A stretch of DNA of 64,000 nt from the NCBI GenBank assembly GCA_051532035.1, contig JAOPTW010000016.1, forward strand, positions 1-64,000. Direction: 5' to 3'. Source of the stretch: Fibrobacterales bacterium. GTDB taxonomy: Bacteria; Fibrobacterota; Fibrobacteria; Fibrobacterales; JAOPTW01. Every line of letters begins with the position of its first letter. Position 1 is the first letter of the stretch. Positions 39,979 through 47,915 of this stretch are shown here, piece after piece. The notes beneath the pieces are model-generated. The model worked only from the letters and a program-made list of their open reading frames with translations. It ran no database searches and had not been told where the DNA came from. Both the position numbers and the translations under genes were made by a program.

Positions 39979-40326
39979 TTACTCAACGATATAGAGCTCA
40001 ACTTCATCCTCGCCTATACCATTCATATCCTCATCAGTTTGATCGTACTCATACAATAGATCAAAATCACTCCCCATATCTTCAAGCATTAACAGTGCAT
40101 ACTGCTCTTGTATAGGGTCAATTGAGGGTGACTGAGGAGCATAGAGTACTACAATGATAACCGCGATTATCATCAGCGCTACAGAGCTCATTATCTTTAT
40201 ACTATAAAAGAGTATTCGCCGTTGTTTCTGCTCATAGACAACCTTTTCACTAAAGTGAAGCTCCTCTGGAGAAACCGATGTAAATAGATCACTCAGTGAC
40301 GATTCCGTATATTTTTTATCAGCCAT
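39979..40326 (-). CDS. Putative single-TM anti-sigma factor
   Basis: One TM and an acidic C-terminus; overlaps the ECF sigma stop. Confidence 0.55.
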   Translation of the reverse strand: MADKKYTESSLSDLFTSVSPEELHFSEKVVYEQKQRRILFYSIKIMSSVALMIIAVIIVVLYAPQSPSIDPIQEQYALLMLEDMGSDFDLLYEYDQTDEDMNGIGEDEVELYIVE

Positions 40327-40840
40327 GATCTCCCCCTCTATTGAGTAGCACTATCATTTTTTGTTTTGCCTCATGAATCCTTGACTTAACCGTACCTTCT
40401 TTGATACCAAGAATCGCGGCAATTTCATCATATCTAAAACCTTCCATCTCTTTAAGCACCAGGGGTTCACGATATTTCCCCTCGAGTTTTTGCAATGCAC
40501 TATTGAGATGGGCCACTTCTGGACGCACCGACTCAGTTGCTGGTGCATGCAGCGCTTCTTCGAAGGCCTCAACGGGCTTAAGATGCTTTCGTACATACTG
40601 TAAGCTCACATTACGCACCAGGCCAAAAAGCCAGGTACTAAAAGCAGCATCCTCTTTAAAACCCAATAAGGACTTTTGGAGGGCAATAAAGGACTCTTGC
40701 ACCACATCATCAACACATCCTTTGTTGCCAATGGTATACATGACCATTCGTCGCACCCCATCAAGGTATCGTCCAGTCAACTGATCAAGGGCCGGTTTGG
40801 AGCCGGCCTTGATTTCATGTATTAATTCACTATCAGTCAC
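40319..40840 (-). CDS. ECF RNA polymerase sigma factor
   Basis: DDVVQESF, FSTWLFGLVRN, EGFRYDEIAAILGIKEGTVKSRIHEAK. Confidence 0.93.
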   Translation of the reverse strand: MTDSELIHEIKAGSKPALDQLTGRYLDGVRRMVMYTIGNKGCVDDVVQESFIALQKSLLGFKEDAAFSTWLFGLVRNVSLQYVRKHLKPVEAFEEALHAPATESVRPEVAHLNSALQKLEGKYREPLVLKEMEGFRYDEIAAILGIKEGTVKSRIHEAKQKMIVLLNRGGDHG

Positions 40841-40874
40841 ACTGTGCCTTTATTAAAATATACACCCAAAGTGC

Positions 40875-41387
40875 CTATTTATTCCAGCTCTTGCCCTGTT
40901 TGCCGTGCTTGCCTCTTTTACCTTTATCACTTAGGCGATGCATAATGTATGTATCCCACTGTTCTTTAGTGAGGAGCTCTTTAATCTTTGCATCTTTCTC
41001 AAACTGTTTGATATGAATTTGAGCCCATATATCACCACGCTTATTGCAATTTTTAGTTATAAGGTCCATATCGAACTTATCTCTGAGTATCATTTTTTTA
41101 AGAACAATTTTGTGTTCTTCAGACTCTAATTTAAGAAGTGCAATTTGTTTATGATGCGCACTTAAAATCACTTTTACTTGTTCTTGGGTAGACTGATCAA
41201 GCCCCAACTTTTTAAAGAGTCGATTAAATTTTGGCCCTTTAGCCATTCTTTTACACTCTTTATCACCACGCGGACACTCATATTTTTTACCACCGCCATC
41301 ACCATACCCTTTTCCTTTACTATTGCCAAGCCCTTGAGCCATAACCATAGTTGCTGTAAGCATGAGTATCATCAGTAACTGTTTCAT
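40875..41387 (-). CDS. Spy/CpxP-like periplasmic protein
   Basis: Signal peptide, KKLGLDQSTQEQV, helical body, LLTKEQW (LTxxQ motif). Confidence 0.72.
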   Translation of the reverse strand: MKQLLMILMLTATMVMAQGLGNSKGKGYGDGGGKKYECPRGDKECKRMAKGPKFNRLFKKLGLDQSTQEQVKVILSAHHKQIALLKLESEEHKIVLKKMILRDKFDMDLITKNCNKRGDIWAQIHIKQFEKDAKIKELLTKEQWDTYIMHRLSDKGKRGKHGKQGKSWNK

Positions 41388-41495
41388 TGTTTCACCTCTT
41401 GTTAATCGTTCTTTTACCTATAAGTGTAGTGGACGACCACTTTCGTTCGATAAAAATTCATTTTTTTAAAATTTGTGTTTTTTATAAGAATAAGA

Positions 41496-42011
41496 CTATT
41501 CTGATGTTAATAAACGGATGGTATCTTCATATTCTGGAAATTCCGACAAAAGATCATCTCTCTTTGCCAACTCAAAATCCGCAAAGTCAAACCCTGGAGC
41601 AACAGTACAACCGACTAAGGCATACCCATTTGGCTCTTCGAGAGAGGCCCCAAACCAGCACCCAGCCCTAACCAACCCTTGAAATTGTTCTCCTGCCTCT
41701 GGATCAGAGCCAATCTTTAGGTGGAAGAGAACTCCCATAGGATCTATTACATGAACAGTTAATGGAGAACCAGTGTAAAAATGCCACATCTCATCAGATT
41801 GAATTCTGTGAAAATGAGATACTTGGCTTCCTTCTAAAAGAAAATAGATGGCAGTAGATGCTGACCGCCCACCTGCAAAACGCTCAGGGAGACTTTCGAG
41901 CTGATCGTCCGATCGATAACTCTCGGCAAAATAGCCCCCTTCAGGGTGTTGAGTCATCTTCAGTGATTCAATCCAATAGTCGGCACTCTTCTCTTCTGTC
42001 ACCTTTTTCAT
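41496..42011 (-). CDS. Cupin domain protein (DUF985/Cupin_5)
   Basis: HPEGGYF, STAIYFLL, SHFHRIQSDEMWHFY, LVGCTVAPGFDFADFE; ATGA overlap with sbcB. Confidence 0.88.
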   Translation of the reverse strand: MKKVTEEKSADYWIESLKMTQHPEGGYFAESYRSDDQLESLPERFAGGRSASTAIYFLLEGSQVSHFHRIQSDEMWHFYTGSPLTVHVIDPMGVLFHLKIGSDPEAGEQFQGLVRAGCWFGASLEEPNGYALVGCTVAPGFDFADFELAKRDDLLSEFPEYEDTIRLLTSE

Positions 42012-43423
42012 TCTTCTAAAACTCCTTTGAGGTAGTGCTCCAACTCTTCTAAGAGCACCTTTTGACCATCATCTAAAGTATCACTCGATGTAAGCGTATC
42101 AATATCCCTCTGTGCATCACTCACAGTATACCGTTTATTACCCCGAAAATCAATGCAATCGACACCACTATCTAATGCCTGTTTTAGATAGGTGGTACAG
42201 GCTGTAAGAGATGAGCCACTTAATTCTTTTTTAAAATTTCGATAGAGAATCCGCTCGGCAAGGGCATTAATATGGGGTTGAGAAAATCCACCCACCAGTT
42301 CTATTTTTCGAGCAAGGTCTCCATTACGATAGACATAGGAGAGCTCATCATCACCCCGTGGCACAAATCCTTTAATATAGAGAGCAGCATCGTGATCGAC
42401 CTGTTCAACCTCATCGTACCGATACTCTTTATGATACGTTATAATCTTTTCGAAGAGAGTATTATGCTCTTTGAGCCAGGCGATATTCTCAGTGACCAGT
42501 GCTGCCCTTTCATCATTCCAGTGGCCTTTATACCGGTCAAGAACCGGGAGCAGTATATCTGATCCATCCTTTTTACGGATAACCCATGTTTCTTCTTCGA
42601 CAGATTCTTCGGTGAGTTCCGCAAAAGGTATGCGATCGAGAATAAGCCAAATTGTTTGGTTAGTATAGCTCTGGGATGCTCCAAGACTAAGCACTACATG
42701 CTGATACCCCTGATCGGCCCCAGCCTTCACCTGGATTGCAATACCCATAGTATGGTATCGTGGCAGTAACTCTGGTACTTTTGTAAGCTTTTTAAGGTAT
42801 TCCGCCTCAACCTGTTTCTTAAAACCATTGGTAAGGTAGCGCCACATTTCACTCTCTTTGACAAACCGCTGTGCCAGTGCTACCGTTGCTTCAACATCAA
42901 CCATAGCATCATGAGCCTGACCAGGAGCGAGGTTATTTTCACTACTTATATGTTCGAGTTTGAGGGTTGGCTTTCCTGCTATAGTTGGCCACTTGATCAC
43001 TGAAGGCTTATAAAGGAAATAGACCGCTGCAATAGGGAGTAGGTCGAGCCTTCCACAGTCATTATAAAATTGATGTTGATAGGGACTGAGAAGATTGCGA
43101 TAAAACATAAATCGTAAAAACTCATCGTCAAACCCCATAGTATTGTACCCCACACTAATGGTCCCTGCTACATTCATGAGCTCATGAATAGCACAAGCAG
43201 CCTCAAATTCACTCATACCACTTTGTTGTGCAGTAATTGATACTCGATGAGTAAGGGTTGCGTAGGGTGAAGGAACCACATCGGGACGGAGCGCTATTTT
43301 AAATTCATGACGCTCTATCTCACGCAAATTCTGATCTGTCCGAATGGCAGCAAATTGCACCACCTGGTCAAAGCATTTATTGAGACCTGTGGTCTCTAAA
43401 TCATAAAAAAGAAAGGTTTTCAT
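42008..43423 (-). CDS. sbcB: Exodeoxyribonuclease I (3'-5' ssDNA exonuclease)
   Basis: DEDDh motifs FYDLETTG, QFAAIRTD, GYNTMGFDDEFLR..FYRNL, AHDAMVDV; 471 aa. Confidence 0.9.
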   Translation of the reverse strand: MKTFLFYDLETTGLNKCFDQVVQFAAIRTDQNLREIERHEFKIALRPDVVPSPYATLTHRVSITAQQSGMSEFEAACAIHELMNVAGTISVGYNTMGFDDEFLRFMFYRNLLSPYQHQFYNDCGRLDLLPIAAVYFLYKPSVIKWPTIAGKPTLKLEHISSENNLAPGQAHDAMVDVEATVALAQRFVKESEMWRYLTNGFKKQVEAEYLKKLTKVPELLPRYHTMGIAIQVKAGADQGYQHVVLSLGASQSYTNQTIWLILDRIPFAELTEESVEEETWVIRKKDGSDILLPVLDRYKGHWNDERAALVTENIAWLKEHNTLFEKIITYHKEYRYDEVEQVDHDAALYIKGFVPRGDDELSYVYRNGDLARKIELVGGFSQPHINALAERILYRNFKKELSGSSLTACTTYLKQALDSGVDCIDFRGNKRYTVSDAQRDIDTLTSSDTLDDGQKVLLEELEHYLKGVLEE

Positions 43424-43502
43424 AATGAGAAATATACAATTTGTAGATGAGAACTTTGTGAAATGTACTTTTTGAGGCTCGAGTGGAGTCTTTTTGGTTA
43501 AG

Positions 43503-43516
43503 TGACATAGTTGTCA
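43503..43516. promoter_or_regulatory. TGACA-N4-TGTCA palindrome between divergent sbcB and M15 peptidase
   Basis: TGACATAGTTGTCA; perfect half-sites with a spacer one base shorter than the other copies. Confidence 0.45.
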
Positions 43517-43611
43517 GAAGTGCCCCATCCCCCAAATCTCTCTCATGAATTTTTCTATGCAGGTCAAAATATTATTACATTTGATACTAAGCACTTAGAC
43601 CAGATACCATC

Positions 43612-44349
43612 ATGACCCAATCAATACTCATTGCTCTTATTCTAACCGCCATCACTGCATATGCCGTTCCTCCATTAGAGGCTCTCAGACTCATTGCAGC
43701 CTATCCCGATCATCTTGATTACTATATCGAGGGTGATATGGTATGGCATGATGGCACCGTGACTCAATGGGACGATGGTAAAAATAAAAGTTTTGATGAG
43801 AAGCTCACCAATGCCGATCTGGAAGACCAGATGAGTCAAAAATATGACAAGGCGACCATCACCAAAGAGACTCGCAAAGATTTTGATCCTGGCCGCATTC
43901 GCTCGACGCCCTTTTTTGAAACCATGTATGGCGGATCTGAAGTTGATGTTGACTTTAACATGGTCGAAATTGATTGGTTTGGAGTAAAACATAAGGTAAC
44001 AACAGTTAATGACATTAACTTAAAACTAACTGAAGTGGCCGACCGCCTTAAACATCATGAAGAGTACCTCAGCCCGAGTGCAGGAACATACAACTTTCGC
44101 GTAATTGCAGGAACAAACCGCCTCAGCTGCCACAGTTTTGGCATTGCCATCGACATTAGAATTAATGTAAGCCGTTACTGGAGATGGGACAAAGATTGGG
44201 AAACACGCCCAGGCCATATTTCTATACCCGACGATGCCCTTATGGAAATCATTGGTATATTCGAAGAATTTGGTTTTATCTGGGGTGGACGTTGGTATCA
44301 CTACGACAGTATGCACTTTGAGTACCGCCCAGAACTATTGTTACACTAG
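43612..44349 (+). CDS. M15-family metallopeptidase (D-Ala-D-Ala carboxypeptidase-like), exported
   Basis: Signal peptide, DPGRIR, LSCHSFGIAIDI, GFIWGGRWYHYDSMHFEYRPE. Confidence 0.88.
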   Translation: MTQSILIALILTAITAYAVPPLEALRLIAAYPDHLDYYIEGDMVWHDGTVTQWDDGKNKSFDEKLTNADLEDQMSQKYDKATITKETRKDFDPGRIRSTPFFETMYGGSEVDVDFNMVEIDWFGVKHKVTTVNDINLKLTEVADRLKHHEEYLSPSAGTYNFRVIAGTNRLSCHSFGIAIDIRINVSRYWRWDKDWETRPGHISIPDDALMEIIGIFEEFGFIWGGRWYHYDSMHFEYRPELLLH

Positions 44350-44374
44350 AGAACCCTGAGAAAAAAAGCATGCC

Positions 44375-44408
44375 ATGACATTTCCTGTCATACACGCCGA
44401 TCTATATT
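44375..44408 (+). promoter_or_regulatory. TGACA-N5-TGTCA box plus -10 element upstream of ssb
   Basis: ATGACATTTCCTGTCAT (44375-44391), then TATATT at 44403-44408. Confidence 0.75.
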
Positions 44409-44436
44409 TACTATAGAACTAAACGGGAGAACAATT

Positions 44437-44826
44437 ATGGCATGTTTAAACAAAGTTACCCTCATTGGCAATTTGGGTTCAGATCCAGAAATCAAGACAA
44501 CTGCACAAGGTGTGAAATTAGCACGATTTAATGTAGCAGTTACCGAAAAATATAAAGACCAACAAAATCAAAAACAAGAGAAGACCCAGTGGTTTACAGT
44601 GGTACTTTGGAGACGCCTTGCTGAGATTGCAGAACAGTTCCTTAAAAAGGGAGCTATGGTCTATATTGAAGGTAAACTGGATAATTCAAGCTGGGACGAT
44701 GAAAAGACTGGTGAGAAAAAATATAAGACTGAAATTCATGGACTCAATATGCAGATGCTCAGTTCATCAAAGCATGTAGCAGAGTACGCTGTTGGTCATA
44801 CCGCAGTGAATACTATGGCTTACTAA
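44437..44826 (+). CDS. ssb: Single-stranded DNA-binding protein (short, no acidic C-terminal tip)
   Basis: LNKVTLIGNLGSDPE, EKTQWFTVVLW, LKKGAMVYIEGKL; ends HTAVNTMAY; GGGAG SD. Confidence 0.93.
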   Translation: MACLNKVTLIGNLGSDPEIKTTAQGVKLARFNVAVTEKYKDQQNQKQEKTQWFTVVLWRRLAEIAEQFLKKGAMVYIEGKLDNSSWDDEKTGEKKYKTEIHGLNMQMLSSSKHVAEYAVGHTAVNTMAY

Positions 44827-45571
44827 ACCCATATTTTTCAAATATACGTCTATACTTCCCATTATTTTTAATTGCTGCGAGTCCGCGATTAAATGCTTTG
44901 AGGTGTCTTTTTGCATGCTTGGACTTTTTAGAGACCCCAACATGAGAAAGATGCACCTCTAAAGGGGGATGTATAGGCACTATACTTTGCCCATTCTCAA
45001 CATCTAGAAGCAACCGATACCCAACGCCTTCATTTTCTACAACTAAGTCCAACCGCTCTTTAGCAAGGCGCGTAAAATTATCAGTATTACTCACCGCTTC
45101 TACTCTGGTAAAGTGAGTCGCCTTATCAAAAGCACTACTATTAGCATAGCCGCGACCAACGCCTATATACAAACCTTTCAAACTTTGTAGATCGGTATAC
45201 TCAAAATCATTCGTTATTTTTTTAAAGAAGAACACCTTCAATGTATCAATAGGATTACTATATAGAAAAAACTCTTCACGCTCCTTTGTATAATACAGCC
45301 CTAAGACCACATCATACAGACCAGCTTTTGTCCCATGAAGCGCCCGAGCCCACGGTACAAAATGATACTCAACGGAATAGCCAACCTCTGCATAAGCTGC
45401 TGTGACTAATTCAGTGTAGAGCCCTCCATCATCTTCTTTTTCTGTGAGATACGGAGGATAATCATTTTGGATTGCAAAACGTACAACCCCATTGGAAAAA
45501 ACACCAAGTACACATAACAGGACAATTGAGAGTAGTGACTGTATCATATATCCAACAAAAAAAGGTTTCAT
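44813..45571 (-). CDS. Family 3 extracellular solute-binding protein
   Basis: DYPPY, FVPWARAL, YYTKEREEFF, LKGLYIGVGRGY, FNRGLAAIKNNGKY. Confidence 0.85.
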   Translation of the reverse strand: MKPFFVGYMIQSLLSIVLLCVLGVFSNGVVRFAIQNDYPPYLTEKEDDGGLYTELVTAAYAEVGYSVEYHFVPWARALHGTKAGLYDVVLGLYYTKEREEFFLYSNPIDTLKVFFFKKITNDFEYTDLQSLKGLYIGVGRGYANSSAFDKATHFTRVEAVSNTDNFTRLAKERLDLVVENEGVGYRLLLDVENGQSIVPIHPPLEVHLSHVGVSKKSKHAKRHLKAFNRGLAAIKNNGKYRRIFEKYGFSKP

Positions 45572-45626
45572 TAGTATACCATTTGTTTGTACTGATATCT
45601 GCTCTTTTACAATGGATTAAAACATT

Positions 45627-47915
45627 TTACAAGTTAGAATCTATGCTTTGCTTAAAGCGACGAGAAATAGCCGAATTTCGCCGTATAGACCGCCCTATAC
45701 AATCCCGTATGGAGTGATCAGACCCTAAAACCCCAACATAATACTTTGCGCGAGTGACGGCTGTGTAGAGTATTTCTTTGGTCATTACTCGGTTCATTTC
45801 ACTAGGCAGTACAATAAGCGCATAGTCATATTCTGACCCCTGAGACTTATGCACTGTTATTGCATAAGCGCTTTCGAATCGAGAGATCTCTGAAACGGGA
45901 TACACACTTACAGTATCACGGTTCGGAATTACAATGTAATAACTTCCCCCTGCAGAAATTACCACTCCACAATCCCCATTAAATATTCCATGAGCATAAT
46001 CATTCTGAGTAATAATTATCGGAAGACCGGGATAAACCCCATCACGAATCTCATATGCTAATACACCCTGCATATACTCAAACAGTACCTGATTTATTGT
46101 AGTCGTGCCCACTGGCCCATTTCTTGTGACACCCAGGATTTGAGATTGATTCATATAGGCAAATAATTCACTAAAGAGGTTCTGTAACGCACTATCTTCA
46201 CTGGCCTTCTTTACAATCTCAGAAGCGGTCTGGACACCTGTAAGCCTTTTCTCAATACCAGCAATAATATCAGGGTATGCATGGGTACGAAGCAAGACTT
46301 TATTTACACCAGCTTCTGGAGCAAAAGACTCATCAACCATATGAAATCGACACCAGTCAATCAATAAATCATTCAATGGATTTCGCTCTTTGGTTTTTTC
46401 TCCCCTCTGAATGAACACTACCCCTTCGGTATCACACCGTTTAGAGCCATCGGCATTTATTACCACTTGAGGCCATGCAGGAATACCGGAAACCCTTGAA
46501 AGTATTTGATTCGTTGCGTCAACATCTTGACTATTTATTGCACTACTCAAGGTCAATATTGACGCTTCTGAACGATGGCTTTTACTCAGTACCACCATTG
46601 AATCTTTAAGTAAGTGATCCTCCTCTAACACAAGTGAAGAGGAGTCATTCTCTAGATCCTCTTCGACACTTATTTCATTAACCAGAGCCAATACCGACTC
46701 TTTGCTGAGACTCGGATTACCTTGGGGTATTGTTGCACCAAAAAGATCGCTCAGTACCGCACCAGCCTGAACCGATGGAAGCTGATTATGATCACCCAAT
46801 AGTATTATTCGAGTATCCGGTTGCAGCGCCTCTGCCACATTTAAAAAGAGCGCCGCGTCAACCATCGATACTTCGTCTACAATAAGAATTTTTGTAGGAT
46901 GTTTATTATCTCTTCCGTAGGTAAACTGATTTCGACCAGGATTATATTTTAAAAACCGATGAATCGTCTGAGCATTAATCGCACACAACTTTGCATCACT
47001 CACTTGATGTTCAAGATTTGAAATGAGAGCAACACTCTGCTCTACCGATTCCGCCATGCGTGCTGCCGCGCGACCAGTGGGGGCCACCATAGTTATTTCA
47101 TCTGCTCGAAGCTCTGGATATGCCCGCACTAATACTCTCAGTAGCGCAACAACGGTACTCGTTTTACCGGTACCAGGGCCACCTGAAATTATGGAGAACT
47201 GCTTTTGCGCCGCCATAAGTACTGCAACTTGCTGTCGAACATGAAACTGCATAGGGATATCCCCAAGCATCATTGGCTGTTCAACAAACACTTCTTGATA
47301 TATTTTTTTTAATTCTGTTGAGAGCTCAAGAGGCTTATTGTCGATTTTCATAGTGAGCCACAGAGAAAGACGTTTTTCTACATCATAATATTTGCCTGTA
47401 TAAAAACCATACTGCGCATCGTACACAAAGAGACTTGATTGAGTACCAGGCAAGGAGAACACAGGCCTTTGACGAGCAACGGTCTCTACCACATGAGAGA
47501 ACGCTTTTGAAAATCCGTCGGTGAGTGCCGTACTATCACACAGAGACTGTAACTGTTCTGCCACAACGATATCTTTTGCATTTTGAATGCGATTTACCAC
47601 CACTCCTGCTAATGCATCAACTAAATCTCGCCCTGAAACACCCAGCACATAAAACAGGTGCCCCATCTCTGTTGTTGCAACAATCAAGAGTTCAACAAGA
47701 GTTCTCTCTGCATCACGTTCGTCTTCACCCATGAGGCGATTTGAAAGATCGGTGAGCGCTAAATGGGCACCATCAATAAAACCCGCTTCGAGTAATAGAT
47801 AGACAGTAGTAAATAAAAAATCATCACGCTCATGCTGACGAAGGCCACCTTTTTGAGCAGCTTCTGTCGGACCTATTTTCTCGAACCAACACCGCGTTTG
47901 TAGAAGCTTATCCAT
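45627..47915 (-). CDS. recD: Exodeoxyribonuclease V alpha subunit (start set at ATG 47915, overlapping the recB stop)
   Basis: ISGGPGTGKT, APTGRAAAR, TIHRFL, IVDEVSMVD, LGDHNQLPSV, AYAITVHKSQGSEY, LYTAVTRAK. Confidence 0.93.
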   Translation of the reverse strand: MDKLLQTRCWFEKIGPTEAAQKGGLRQHERDDFLFTTVYLLLEAGFIDGAHLALTDLSNRLMGEDERDAERTLVELLIVATTEMGHLFYVLGVSGRDLVDALAGVVVNRIQNAKDIVVAEQLQSLCDSTALTDGFSKAFSHVVETVARQRPVFSLPGTQSSLFVYDAQYGFYTGKYYDVEKRLSLWLTMKIDNKPLELSTELKKIYQEVFVEQPMMLGDIPMQFHVRQQVAVLMAAQKQFSIISGGPGTGKTSTVVALLRVLVRAYPELRADEITMVAPTGRAAARMAESVEQSVALISNLEHQVSDAKLCAINAQTIHRFLKYNPGRNQFTYGRDNKHPTKILIVDEVSMVDAALFLNVAEALQPDTRIILLGDHNQLPSVQAGAVLSDLFGATIPQGNPSLSKESVLALVNEISVEEDLENDSSSLVLEEDHLLKDSMVVLSKSHRSEASILTLSSAINSQDVDATNQILSRVSGIPAWPQVVINADGSKRCDTEGVVFIQRGEKTKERNPLNDLLIDWCRFHMVDESFAPEAGVNKVLLRTHAYPDIIAGIEKRLTGVQTASEIVKKASEDSALQNLFSELFAYMNQSQILGVTRNGPVGTTTINQVLFEYMQGVLAYEIRDGVYPGLPIIITQNDYAHGIFNGDCGVVISAGGSYYIVIPNRDTVSVYPVSEISRFESAYAITVHKSQGSEYDYALIVLPSEMNRVMTKEILYTAVTRAKYYVGVLGSDHSIRDCIGRSIRRNSAISRRFKQSIDSNL

